Shown piece after piece: positions 1 to 12,566 of a stretch of DNA of 64,000 nt; within the stretch, counting starts at the first letter, position 1, and the number at the start of each line of letters is the position of its first letter. The stretch is from Eledone cirrhosa. Lineage: Eukaryota. Made by a program: the position numbers and the translations under genes. The stretch lies in assembly GCA_964016885.1 (NCBI GenBank), contig OZ024743.1, positions 270,506,001 to 270,570,000 on the forward strand. Reading direction: 5' to 3'. The notes under the pieces are model-generated. The model was not told the origin of the DNA, searched no databases, and saw only the letters and a list, made by a program, of their open reading frames with translations.

Positions 1-108
1 TCTTTTTTTAAATTTAAAATATTTTTAATTTAAAATTAAATGTTGAAAAGGTCTGTCTTATGAAGACTGGGTCTAAAAGGGACCATTATATATAGAGAGA
101 GGTAGTCA

Positions 109-158
<50 letters not shown>

Positions 159-240
159 TTTGTAGTTGTATTTTTTTAACACTTAATTTTAAATTCTAAA
201 TTTTTTAATTCTTTTTAATTCTTTTTAATTGTAATATTCA

Positions 241-286
241 ACATTTGATAAGATGGTTCACACTGATACATGGAAACCGGTTATAT
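241..286 (+). ncRNA. Minimal hammerhead ribozyme, U3-A8 core variant (degenerate)
   Basis: acat-TTGATAA-gATG...CATg-GAA-ACCGGT-T-atat: palindromic stem III ACCGGT, imperfect stem I acat/atat. Confidence 0.5.
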
Positions 287-492
287 TTCATATATTTCAT
301 ATATTTCATATATTTCATATATTTCATATACATTATAAAACTCCTTTTTTAAAAAGAATTGTTCCTCTCATTTTTTTCAATAGTGTCACTTTACCGAATC
401 AAAGAAGAAGAAAAGAAAAAAAAAGAAAAAGACACTTAAATATATTTTCCGTGCTATTTCCAACTCCACCTTTTCTCTATAACCCCTGGCTC

Positions 493-735
493 TACAGGTA
501 CCATATCCGTATCTCCGGACGAGCCGATTCCACGGACGCGGTCCTTTACGCAGAAGAGAGAACTTTTCCCGGGGCTCCCGGCAACGTCTCCGGGCTCGCT
601 TGCGTTGCCGCTGCTTCGTCCGACCGCCGGCTTCGATGACGCGACGACGCGTTAAATTCCACCGCCGGACGAGCACTCTCCGAGTTCGGATTCGAGAGTA
701 TTAACCCGATTCCCTTTCGATGCAAGGCCCGCCGC
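493..735 (-). rRNA. 28S rRNA fragment (D7 region; dispersed pseudogenic copy)
   Basis: Minus strand reads CGAAAGGGAATCGGGTTAATACTCTCGAATCCG...GCGGCAACGCAAGCGAGCCCGGAGACGTTGCCGGGAGCCCCGGGAAAAGTTCTCTCTTCT...TGGAATCGGCTCG, matching conserved eukaryotic LSU core; GC-rich island in AT-rich DNA. Confidence 0.85.
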
Positions 736-748
736 ATATATATATAAT

Positions 749-944
749 AGAATGTTGTAGTTTGCTTGAAGCATTGTATATAATATATAATGTGGAAAGT
801 GATATATGGCTAAACAATGCAAAATGGACTGTAAGATGAAGGTAACGAAAAGGTTAGTTACCTGGTAATCTTTGGTTTCAATATTGACTGTTGTATTTTT
901 GTTGGTGTTTCTGTATTTGTCAATGTGTTTTTTGTATGACATCT
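749..944 (-). mobile_element. Inverted copy of Penelope-like 3' end (GIY-YIG tail / pLTR)
   Basis: Reverse complement (YKKHIDKYRNTNKN) resembles + strand 1570-1620 (FKKHIDKCRNINKN); ends in (TA)n. Confidence 0.65.
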
Positions 945-1699
945 ACGGCATTCTCAACCATAGATAACATACGATTTGCCATATAACACCCCGATAAAAA
1001 TGGTTACTTGTCCCTGTTGGACTTCCAGGCTAGAATAACAGAAGAAGGTGCTATATAAACCAACTTCTATAGGAAAACCACCAACAGAGACTTGTTTGAA
1101 CATTATAGATCAGCCCTACCCCTTGGTGATAAAACCTGATACATAAGAAATGAACTTACGCGTATACGGAATAAATGCAGCAATACAGAGGACCAGATCA
1201 CTCACACTGCACACTTCATAGATGTACTGAAGACGAACGGATTAAGAACATCCACAGTGAACCGCAAGCATAAGACCTCCTCTAACACCTGCTTCATGAA
1301 AGTACCACACTTCAGCAAAAGCATAACCACAGATATCCGCAAAGAAGACTGGACATACAATTAGCACACTCCTTCCCTAAAAAGCAATCTAGAGTCAACA
1401 ATAACCAATGCTCGCTGACTAATTGTCCTAACCGTGACACAGGTATGAGTCAGCGAACAAATGTGGTTTACCGGATTGAATGCAGCAAATGTAAAGAGTT
1501 TTACATTGGTAGCACGACTTGAGCACTCCACACCCGCATAAAAGAAGACCTCAGCACACACGCAACTTCATTCAAAAAACACATTGATAAATGCAGAAAC
1601 ATCAACAAAAATATAATAGACAGCAATTTAAGAATTAAAGAAGCCTTGCTCATATGTAGACTCACCAACAAATAAATAACAGATGAGAACTCAACACAC

Positions 1700-1700
<1 letters not shown>
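945..1700 (+). pseudogene. Penelope-like element RT C-terminus + GIY-YIG endonuclease remnant
   Basis: Disrupted frames give LLDFQARITEEG, TNFYRKTTNRDLFEHYRSALP, IRNELTRIRNKCSN, FMKVPHF, VVYRIECSKCKEFYIGSTT. Confidence 0.8.
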
Positions 1701-1746
<46 letters not shown>

Positions 1747-1749
1747 GTA

Positions 1750-1796
<47 letters not shown>

Positions 1797-2928
1797 TATG
1801 CGTGGTATGCGTGGTATGTGCGTGTGTGTATAACAAAATACCGCATGACATTTTGTCCGACGCTCAAACAACGTTAAATTCGGCGAGATTTGAGCTCAGA
1901 ATATGATTTGTTTGTAACCATTTAGATACCGCTTGAACAGTTCTAGTCATCCCCACCACCACCTTCCCAACCGCCCTAACAATCCACCACAACCTTCACT
2001 ATCACCTTCACTACCACCTTCACTGCCACCTTCACTGTCACCTTCACCACCATCACGAAAATCAACAACAACAACTGCAGCAACAGCAACGTCAACAAAA
2101 AGAAAAATAATGTTGAGGAAGGAGAACGAAAATTACTTAAATTAAACACAAGGTGAGTAATTTTCTGAAGGGCATAGTCGGCAATATTATGTATACAACA
2201 GAGATACTTTATTTTATCGATCCTAGTAAGATTTGAACTCAGAAACAACGTGACGTCACTAAACTCTATAAGGCATCATTTAGCTAAGCCACTCCACATG
2301 TGTTCAAGATAAATTATTACGACGGAAGTAACAACATCAACGAAAAGAAAATTTGCGTTGGAATTAGGTGAAGAGAAGGGGAAAATAGCGCTCGAGAACC
2401 AAGGATGGAAGGGAAGAAATGGCTGAACATAAACATAAATAAATAAATGAATAAATAAATAAATAAGGAAGGAAAGAAAGAAAGAAAGAAAGAAAGACAT
2501 GATGCAACATAGAGACAAAAAGAAATTGAAAGAGAGAGAGTGTGAAATAGGTAAAAAAAAAATAAAAGGATGGGAAAAGGTAAGAAAATATACAGAGAGA
2601 GCGGGAGAAATGTAGAGAAAGAGCGAAAGTTTAGGGGGAAAGAGAAAAAGATAGAAGTATTGAAAGAAGGAAATAGAAAAAAGAGAAAAGTGAGAAGGAA
2701 AAAGAAAGAGTAACAGAGTGACAAAGTGAAAAATAAAACTAAAAATTAAAAAAAATACAAAGATGGAACAAAATGAAAAGTAACGTAATAAAAAAAATAA
2801 TTCGAGGAATTTGATGATTTGTTTTTGATGATTAACTTTTTATGTATTTCTTCTTGTTTTTCTTTAACCTTAACTGAATTTTGTTATCTTATTTACATTA
2901 TTTTATTATTGTTTACTGTATTATTATT

Positions 2929-2987
<59 letters not shown>

Positions 2988-3574
2988 ATTTACATTATTT
3001 TGTGTATTTGTTTTTTCTAGCCACAAGTCATAAAAACAAACTCCCAGAAAACAAGAAGGAAAAAAAAGATAAAAAAAAGAACACACGCCAATCACCCCTC
3101 TCCGACTTAACCAACCCCATTCCTTCCTCCCTGCCCACTCCACTCCAAAAAGAAAAAGAATTGGCCCAATGCAGTTATAATTATGGCATGTAAATTCAGA
3201 AGAAAAATATATATCAACCTCTGCAAACTATCTGTTGGAATTGATGTTGAAACGCCATTCATTTTACGAGAGACCGTGTTGAATTTACAATCACTTGTGG
3301 ACGCCATTTTGGTATCTCTTATTTCTACCTTGTTTCAGCAGCAGTTATTTTTTTGTCTTCATTTTATTTTGTTCGTCTTAGTTATTAGTTTGTTGGTTTG
3401 TGTTTCGCTTTTTTTCTTCAGTAGGGTTTCTTTAAATTCTCATCGTAGATTTATTATTTTTTTAAAGCATTTTCAACGCATCACGTTTCAGAGGTTTACT
3501 GCTGCAGTAGTTGACGTTGATGTTGTTATTATTATTATTATGGTTATCATTATCATATATTTTGTTGTTACTTC

Positions 3575-3577
<3 letters not shown>

Positions 3578-3643
<66 letters not shown>

Positions 3644-3684
3644 GTATATATATATATGTATATATATATATGTATATATATATG

Positions 3685-3738
<54 letters not shown>

Positions 3739-3762
3739 CATATATATATATACATATATATA

Positions 3763-3838
<76 letters not shown>

Positions 3839-3961
3839 TATATATATATACTCTGTTACTCTTTTACCTGTTCCAGCCAGCGGCTGAGGCCATGCTGGGG
3901 CACTGGCATACATATATACATGCATATACACACACACACATATATATATAATATACATATA

Positions 3962-4010
<49 letters not shown>

Positions 4011-4033
4011 ATATATATATATGTGTGTGTGTG

Positions 4034-4127
<94 letters not shown>
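3578..4127. repeat. Compound (TA)n/(CA)n microsatellite (representative of dozens in the window)
   Basis: Direct reading; similar tracts at 18175-18663, 39810-40452, 51690-52490, 57185-57370 and elsewhere. Confidence 0.95.
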
Positions 4128-4484
4128 CACGCAAGTATAATTCGTAAATACGACGTATATAATGAGGTAAGCAAACCTACACGTGCAAGGGTAATTTTGT
4201 GTCAACATATAACATACCCCCTTCCTCTCTCTTCCATATACACAAGCATCTAACTACATGGACTCCATTACGTATATCAAAATATCTCTATAGTTAAAGA
4301 GACGGGAATGATCTACACATATATAAATATGGCTCCCACGTCTTAGACGGATTGTTATTTTCTTAGATAAATAGCTAAATAGATACAGATATGAGGATTG
4401 AAAGAGATGAAAGAATAAGTATATATATATATATTTATGTATGTATGTATGTATGTATGTATGTATGTATGTATGTATGTATCT

Positions 4485-4891
4485 GGGAGAGATGACCCCT
4501 TAGCCTTTGTCAAGGCAGAATTCTAGGAGAAGGAAAACTCTGATATAACACATGCAACCCTGATGGTTTCCAATGATGTTGACTTGTTCTTCTTTTTGGT
4601 AAATATCATCTTGGTTAAGAGAGTGGGACTGGCTTGGTGCAGTGTCTTTGCTCACTATAAAAGCTTCACGGCACAGGCATTGCTTTGTATCTGGAGATCT
4701 CTCTGCACTTGTCGTCACATGATACCATGGGCCCAGCACTATGTGTCAATAATTGTCACAAGTGTAGTGTTTGTACCAGAGTTTTCATGTCGCTGGCTGG
4801 ACTAAAGTCACATTCGTTCAGCGCATCGGTAGGGGTTCTCCTACATGGATATAAAGTAGTGGCCGTACTCGAAAACGAGTTGGCAGCCACC
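4485..4891 (+). mobile_element. Non-autonomous RTE-derived element, copy 1
   Basis: ~400 bp highly similar to 7375-7780; ends in C2H2-like coding remnant (CSVCTRVF...GLKSH.RSAHR) and 3' hairpin GTGGCCGTACTCGAAAACGAGTTGGCAGCCACC before (TA)n. Confidence 0.7.
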
Positions 4892-4971
4892 ATGTATATA
4901 TATATATATATATATATATGCGTGTGTGTGTGTGATTGTGTGTGTGTACACACACAGACACACATTTTTAT

Positions 4972-5019
<48 letters not shown>

Positions 5020-5027
5020 GTATGTAT

Positions 5028-5215
5028 TAATAATTGTTTCTACTTTTGGCACGGGGCCAGCAATTACCCCAGTGCATTACTGGTACTTTATTTTATCTAA
5101 CGCGTAAGAATGAAAGGCAAAGTTGACCTCGGCGTGATTTGAACTCAGACCGTAAAGGGCCATAGTTCTATGCTACAAAGCATGCTGTCCAACGCTCTAC
5201 CGATTCTGCCAATCC
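5028..5215 (-). mobile_element. tRNA-derived SINE (family A)
   Basis: Reverse complement of 46323-46516 consensus with A box, B box GAGTTCAAATC and TTTGCCTTTCAT core. Confidence 0.85.
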
Positions 5216-5890
5216 ATATTAATAATATGTATAAATCGAAGTTGTAGCCGCAATATGGCAGATACTGATCGAATTGTTTGAAGCAGTCACAAAGCACTCA
5301 ATGATACGAACATTTAATACATTTTCGTCCAGAGTGAATACAAAGTTAATAAATGTAACGACCAAATGCATATGGCTATACTCATACCATAGTTACGACA
5401 AATACAAGGAGGTCGAAGACTAACTTGGACTGTCTGAAGTAGATAGGAATCGACAGCAATCGATAAAAAATCTTCGATGTGTTTCTGGAACACCCGGAAG
5501 TCAATATATCAGGCAACTGCATCATTACCTCGTCAGTCACTATGCTTGCGGGCAATTTCGCCCATTATTGCATTCGTATGCCAGTTTGCGCAACAGATTG
5601 GAGAACCGCTCTGTTGGTAAGGTAAATAGATAGTAAAATGTACGGCTGAATAAAACAGATAAATACGTAAATAACCACAACTAAGACATCGGATTTAGCA
5701 TGTAAAATGTGCAACATGTTAATGCTAGAAAAATTAAATTTGAAAACTTTTACTTTAGTTAGAATTCGTCAGGCGGTTGGTGTGGAACATGATTGGGAAA
5801 TAAAAGGCCGCAGGGTGGTTTAAAGGTTAGAGAGGAAGAAAACGAGAAGAGGGAATAGGGAGAGACCAAATGAAATATATGTATTGTATA

Positions 5891-6230
<340 letters not shown>

Positions 6231-7085
6231 CATGTATACACACACACTCACATATATATATATATATTAAAATGGCGTAGACATTACAATACATACAATA
6301 CAGTAGAGGGAAACATGATAATAATACCACTGATGATGTTGCAGATGTGCAACGAAAGAACTTTGTTAGACTATATATGTATATTTATATCTGTATTTTT
6401 GACCGTTGGTCAGTCAGTGATAAACATTGATGGCCAAATGAATTAACTATGGAGATATAAAAGATGCAGAAGGGAAACCCAACCAAACGGTGAGTGCGTT
6501 CTGTTATTATTTCTGGCAATATTATTACAACAATATGACCCTCCCCAAGTATAACAATATATGTATATGTATATATATATATATGAATGAAAAATGGCGT
6601 GCTGCGTTGTTGCGAATATGAACATATGAATAAAAATAGACCGAGAAACAAGAATGTCCGAGAGAGAGAGTGTGTGTGTGTGTGTAACAAGCATAAAAAC
6701 ATAGTAGCTCATTAAGAAATGGCGCATGTTAGCGAGTACACACAATGTTATATCGTCTCATTGCTACAGTTGTATTCTATGATAATTATCACATAATTAA
6801 TGATGTTTTATTTCCTCATTATTACATAACAAACAGGTGAATCAATTGATTATAAAGAGGCCTCATTGTGTATCTTTAGATCATTATCTCACAATTATTG
6901 GTATATTGTTTTATCATTATCGTAAAGATAACGACATATAATTCTCTTATTGTCACAGATGATGATAGAATTATTTACAGATATTTTCTGATAATAAGTA
7001 AGTCAATTTCGAATTACAATTGAGCGTTTATAGGGAAAAGAATAAGGTTGTTAACGGCACTATAGGCAAGTGCACACACACACAA

Positions 7086-7123
<38 letters not shown>

Positions 7124-7184
7124 CTACGTGTGTGTGTGAATTTATGTATGTATGTATGTAGGTATATATATATATATATATATA

Positions 7185-7778
7185 CCAGTTGGTGCTACTG
7201 GTAACATGTATCCCAGTACAACCTGTCTCATGGTCGGATCGTTGGCGACTAAACTGGCAACCCCACCAAGTTTTCTTGGTGAGGAGGGTGACTTTGGACA
7301 TCCTGCAGGACTAAAAACAAAACCTGTCAAAGGGCAAACGAGCTCTTAAGAGTCAATGGCCATCCAAAATCACCGGGAGAGATGACCCCTTAGCCTTTGT
7401 TAAGGCAGAATTCTAGAAGGAAAACTCTGATATAACACCTGCAACCCTGATGGTATCCAATGATGTTGACTTGTTCTTCTTTTTGGTAAATATCATCTTG
7501 GTTAAGAGAGTGGGACTGGCTTTGTGCAGTGCCTTTGCTCACTATAAAAGCTTCACGGCACAGGCATTGCTTTATATCAAGAGATCTCTCTGCACTTGTC
7601 GTCACATGGTACCATGGGCCCAGCACTATGTGTCAATAATTGTCACAAGTGTAGTGTTTCTAACAGAGTTTTCAAGTCGCTGGCTGGACTAAAAAGTCAC
7701 ACTCGTTCAGTGCATCGGTAGGGGTTCTCCTACATGGATATAAAGTAGTGGCCGTACTCGAAAAAGAGTTGGCAGCCA

Positions 7779-7780
<2 letters not shown>
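7185..7780 (+). mobile_element. Non-autonomous RTE-derived element, copy 2 (longest, structured 5' end)
   Basis: Contains the 4485-4891 unit plus 190 bp of extra 5' sequence; (TA)n on both sides. Confidence 0.7.
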
Positions 7781-7828
<48 letters not shown>

Positions 7829-7837
<9 letters not shown>

Positions 7838-8219
7838 TTCCTTCTCCTAGAATTCTGCCTTGACAAATGCTAAGGGGTCATCTCTCCCTGATGGTATCCA
7901 ATGATGTTGACTTGTTCTTTTTTTTGTTAAATATCATCTTGGTTAAGAGAGTGGGACTGACTTTGTGCAATGCCTTTGCTCACTATAAAAGCTTCACGGC
8001 ACAGGCATTGCTTTATATCTTGAGATCTCTCTGCACTTGTCGTCACATGGTACCATGGGCCCAGCACTATGTGTCAGTAATTGTCACAAGTGTAGTGTTT
8101 GTACCAGAGTTTTCAAGTCGGGCTGGACTAAAAAGTCACACTCGTTCAGCGCATCGGTAGGGGTTCTCCTACATGGATATAAAGTAGTGGCCGTACTCGA
8201 AAACGAGTTGGCAGCCACC
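7829..8219 (+). mobile_element. Non-autonomous RTE-derived element, copy 3 with inverted 5' segment
   Basis: 7829-7888 is the reverse complement of the first ~60 nt of the unit; the remainder is co-linear. Confidence 0.7.
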
Positions 8220-8240
8220 ATATATATATATATATATATA

Positions 8241-8431
8241 TAACAAAGGAATTGTGGTAAGGAACCAGATGGACCATAACGCGCCAGAGTACTCAATACT
8301 TAGGGTAGTAGAGTGGGAAATAGGAAAAAGTATGACCCGACGGCTGAGCTCAACCCGTTTCGACGGCTATTTCTGGACTCAGAAATAGCCGTCGAAACGG
8401 CTTGAGCTCTGCCGTCGGGGTCATACTTTTT

Positions 8432-8435
<4 letters not shown>
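8241..8435. mobile_element. Fold-back pair of GCCGTCGAAACGGC module
   Basis: Near-perfect inverted repeat ~8320-8375 / 8380-8435, loop GACT, (TA)n flanks. Confidence 0.8.
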
Positions 8436-8468
<33 letters not shown>

Positions 8469-8886
8469 GAATATATATATATATATCTTATATGTGTGAA
8501 TCAAATGTGCAAACAAAAATACTTGTTCATTGCAGGAGGTAGGGTAACAGTCCAATTAGAGGGTTTAAGCTATAGCATCCAAGGAGAAGATCGCGGAGCA
8601 ATTATAATATTAAAGGTATAGTACCAGGAAAAATAAATGCTTAGAAGAGAAAAATCTATTTAGAATTTGTTCCTTAACATCGTATTTTTTCTCTTCTTCC
8701 CTTTACTTCTTGCCTAGTCATTTCCTTCCTGGTAATATACCTTTAGTATTTCCGTAGTAAAGGTAAAGGAAAGAAAAGTGCCCTGTGTGTAGTACAGAGC
8801 TATTTCATTTTTTCCGTTATAAGATGTTATTTTAACTCAGACTCACTTTCAGTTTTAATAGATATCTATATCCAAAACATAACTAT

Positions 8887-8954
8887 TTCATCTGATGAAC
8901 GAACAGCATGTTTCTGTAAGGATCGTCTAGTTTCCTGAAACCTTTGGTAATGAA
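8887..8954 (+). ncRNA. Type I hammerhead ribozyme
   Basis: TTCAT-CTGATGA-ACGAAC...GTTTCCT-GAA-ACC-ttt-GGT-A-ATGAA: perfect 5-bp stem I, 3-bp stem III, imperfect stem II. Confidence 0.75.
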
Positions 8955-9064
8955 TTAATTATAATGTATTGTTTATTATGTAATTAAATATATATGCATG
9001 TACATATACATATGAAATAAAATCACTACATAGATGTTTTATATAGTACTTATTGGTGAGATGT

Positions 9065-9365
9065 GTACGTAGCATGGCCGAATGGTTCAGGATTTCACTT
9101 CGTAATCATCAGACCTCGGGTTCGATCCCATAGGGTGACATCTTGGGCAAGTGTCATATATCATTACCTCGATTGAGACCCATACCCTGTAAGCGAAACT
9201 GGGCCGACGGTGACTGTTTGGATTCCAGTTGGATAGACTGTACCTGCATTGTAAAAGCCCGGCAGTACCATTGAATGCTTGAGCAAGGAATTTTATTTCA
9301 TGTTGCTCCAATTCACTCACCTGATTACATTGAGGGTAGACGTGTCTGTAGAATCCCTTGTCACC
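9065..9365 (+). mobile_element. tRNA-derived SINE (family B)
   Basis: TGGCCGAATGG A box, GGTTCGATCCC B box, CTTGGGCAAGTGTC body; related copies on minus strand at ~12890-13155, ~17905-18055 and ~37790-38065. Confidence 0.6.
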
Positions 9366-9375
9366 TATACATTAT

Positions 9376-9582
9376 TATAATAGTTTCTGATTTAGGCACC
9401 AGGCCAACAATGTTAGGGGGGTCGATTAAATCGACTCCAGTGCATTACTGGTACTTTATTTTATCGACTCCGTAAGGTTGAAAGGCAAAGCTAACCTCGG
9501 CGGGATTTGAACTCAAGTCGTAAAGGGCCACAACTCTATGCTGAAAAACATGGTGTCCGATGCCCAACCGATACTGCCAATC
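9376..9582 (-). mobile_element. tRNA-derived SINE (family A)
   Basis: Matches family A consensus in reverse. Confidence 0.85.
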
Positions 9583-9996
9583 GAATAATGAACACACCGT
9601 TTCGTTGATCGGACAACTGGAACGCTCATCACCGAAACTGACGGGATTCCATTCCGATAGGTGAGACAGAAGGTAAGGCTAAATCAATGTATATGAGCCA
9701 GTGGTGTTTTCTCTTGCTTACCAATGTCAGATGCCATTTTATTTCTCCATGTCAGTCGTTTCATTTCTTTTTTTATACTATCTAGATTAACTTCTGAATG
9801 TTTTCATGAGCTGCAGCTGCACCATAGCAGCACTATGAAGAAATAGCAACTGAGGTCATTATAAATAAACTATTTAATTATTTTTTTATCAGCTAAATTA
9901 TTCGACTTCAAGATTAGATAATGTTTGAGCATACAAACATTTTCTTATTCTGGTATATAAAATTGAGTAGCTGTGTGGAGTTTAAACCGTAATGTC

Positions 9997-10186
9997 GTGG
10001 ATTGGTAGTATCGGTAGAGGGTCTGGCGTCATGCTTTGCAGCAAAGAGTTACGGCCCTTTATGTTCTGAGTTCAAATCCCGCCGATGTTAACTTTGCCTT
10101 TCATCCTTACGGGGTCGATAAAATAAAGTACCAGTAATGTACTCGCATAATTGCTGGCCTTGTGCCAAAAGTAGAAACAATTATTA
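9997..10186 (+). mobile_element. tRNA-derived SINE (family A)
   Basis: GTGGATTGGTAGTATCGGTAGAG...GAGTTCAAATCCCGCCGATGTTAACTTTGCCTTTCATCC. Confidence 0.85.
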
Positions 10187-10224
10187 TATCTGCAGTTGAA
10201 TATCGGAAACCAGTAAAATATTAT

Positions 10225-10316
<92 letters not shown>

Positions 10317-10351
10317 AATAATCAAAACCGTAGAGGTATGTAGCATACATT

Positions 10352-10403
10352 TTATCTGATGAAAACGTACTTAAACGCCATTGTACCTTTGAAATATGTA
10401 TAA
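10352..10403 (+). ncRNA. Hammerhead-like motif (ATCTGATGAAA family)
   Basis: CTGATGA-AAAcGTAC...GTACcTTT-GAAATATGTATAA; homologous to 35905-35958 and 27547-27603(-). Confidence 0.55.
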
Positions 10404-10600
10404 TAAAATATATATTTTGATTATGAGAATATTTTTCATTTATTAATATTGTGAATAATATTAAATACTCCAGAAAATCACTGTCGAGTTTTTCTAATCT
10501 ATTGTAAAATTGTATTCGTTGAATAATCAACGAACCATATAAACTCTGATATATATGTATATATATACATACATACATACATACATACATACACACACAC

Positions 10601-10686
<86 letters not shown>

Positions 10687-10769
10687 ATATATATAAGACC
10701 TGTATTAGCTGGCAGGAGGTCATATATTTTATCGTTCCTGGGTCGTTTAGCCCTAGGAAAGGAAAATGC

Positions 10770-10847
10770 TTCTCTGATGAGCTTTGGTTTTCCATCAGAT
10801 ATCCATTGGATTCTGGGGTTTTACAAAGCGAAACTGATCAGTAAGGG
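10770..10847 (+). ncRNA. Type I hammerhead ribozyme inside a 237-bp (TA)n-flanked module (10696-10932)
   Basis: TTCT-CTGATGA-GCTTTG...CAAAGC-GAA-ACTGATCAGT-A-AGGG: intact core, 6-bp stem II with G10.1-C11.1, palindromic stem III. Confidence 0.85.
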
Positions 10848-10928
10848 CCATTAGAAGAGGTAACTATTTATATTATATTTTTTAATTTATTTTAAAAAAT
10901 TGGTTGAATTTTACTTGTTCTGCTTATC

Positions 10929-11010
<82 letters not shown>

Positions 11011-11304
11011 TTGAATGTAGAAAAGAAACACACGAGTTGATATATATTAAAAAAAATAGTAGAAATGAACATTGTCAATTGCGGATATGCAGTATATTGT
11101 TAAGTTGCATATTTGTACAATTACTGATAATAATAATGATAATGAAGAAAATGAAAATAAAAAGGGGAAGAAAAATTAATTAATTTTCACATACATGCTG
11201 AAACCGGTATTGTAATTAAATTAATGTTTTAATATCTCACTGAAAAAAATATCTTCAACATTTTCTACTAAAAGAATCTTTTATCTTTTTCCTTTCTACT
11301 ATTT

Positions 11305-11385
<81 letters not shown>

Positions 11386-11436
11386 GTATATGGAAGTTAT
11401 ATATTAGGTTAACGCTTGATATAGCAGGAAGAGGGT

Positions 11437-11473
11437 CTTAACGTTTCGGACACGCTAGTCCTTCATCAGAAGA
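11437..11473 (-). ncRNA. Minimal hammerhead ribozyme (GAAACGT family)
   Basis: Minus strand: TCTT-CTGATGA-aGGAC-tagcgt-GTCC-GAA-ACGT-T-AAGA; module 11381-11575 bounded by TA-rich repeats. Confidence 0.8.
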
Positions 11474-11576
11474 AAGAATGAGAAATAAAATAGATAGAGT
11501 GAACGGGCGGGATGGAATTGGAAAAATGTCTTTAGATAAAAATAACAGGTCCATTCATGTTGACATCTCTTGCAAT

Positions 11577-11632
<56 letters not shown>

Positions 11633-12244
11633 TTCGTTTTTGTATTTGATTTGTAAGATATTTTTATCTGAAAACGTATGTTGAAACAAATATTGTTATA
11701 CGTGAGGTTTCACTTTAATGTATTATTATAATTTCCCAATCGGCTAGTTGTTGATTGTAAAAGTTCTTTTGTCACACATTCTATTATCTCCTCAATGACT
11801 ACTTTTAATGTTACTTTGTGTCTCTTCTGTTTTACACGATTTTGGTTCTTCTTAACCACTGCATCATGCTGTATATCATCTGTAGATTGTTGAGGTGTAG
11901 ACTTGTATTATCCATTAAGATAAAATGTTTTATAGTTTATGTTTACAAGCCGAAATTGTATCTGATTTTTACTTTAAAATACTTCCGTTGTCATAAAGAT
12001 TTACAAAGCTTCAGCAGCACAGAGATCTCAAGATCTATTATTGCAATTATAGGATCTAGCTTTTTCAAAATTAATTGAAACACATAAACAGTAATGAAAG
12101 GATTTAGTAAAATAAGCATGTGTCTAGGTCCTCAAACAAAATGGAGTTTCAAAATAATCAAAAAAGGTATGTCTTCATTATTTGTGAGGCCTTCTGGTAT
12201 AATTATTTTAACGAGGGAGCGTCTAAGATTTATACAGCTTAGAC

Positions 12245-12566
12245 CAGGGATTCCCAACCTTGGCTATTTCTACTGTTGGGCGTGTGATGTGCAACTGAAC
12301 AGAAAATGATGGGCGATCAGAAATTTTGGTGGACGATATAGGATTTTAAGAAGGTATTTCAACATATGCCACCCGAAAATATATTCAAAGGAAATATGCA
12401 ACTAACCTGTATATAAAAACAGCAGGCTGAATGGGAATAATGAACCAGCAACAAACTTTTACCAAACATTTTTGGTATGCTTTTGAATATTTACTATACA
12501 GGTGGGCGGTAGAAACATTTTCTATGTGAAAGTGGGTGATGACGAAAAAACGGTTAGGAAGCCCTA
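12245..12566. mobile_element. hAT (Charlie-like) MITE
   Basis: TIRs CAGGGATTCCCAACC / GGTTAGGAAGCCCTA; exact 8-bp TSD GCTTAGAC at 12237-12244 and 12567-12574. Confidence 0.8.

Noticed and set aside
3183-4147. Long [12 protein letters not shown] ORFs (also at 18220, 39732, 51836 and elsewhere)
   Set aside because: Stop-free translations of dinucleotide microsatellites; no coding signal
5470-5540. Minus-strand CTGACGA...GAAAC
   Set aside because: Stems I and II cannot be paired convincingly
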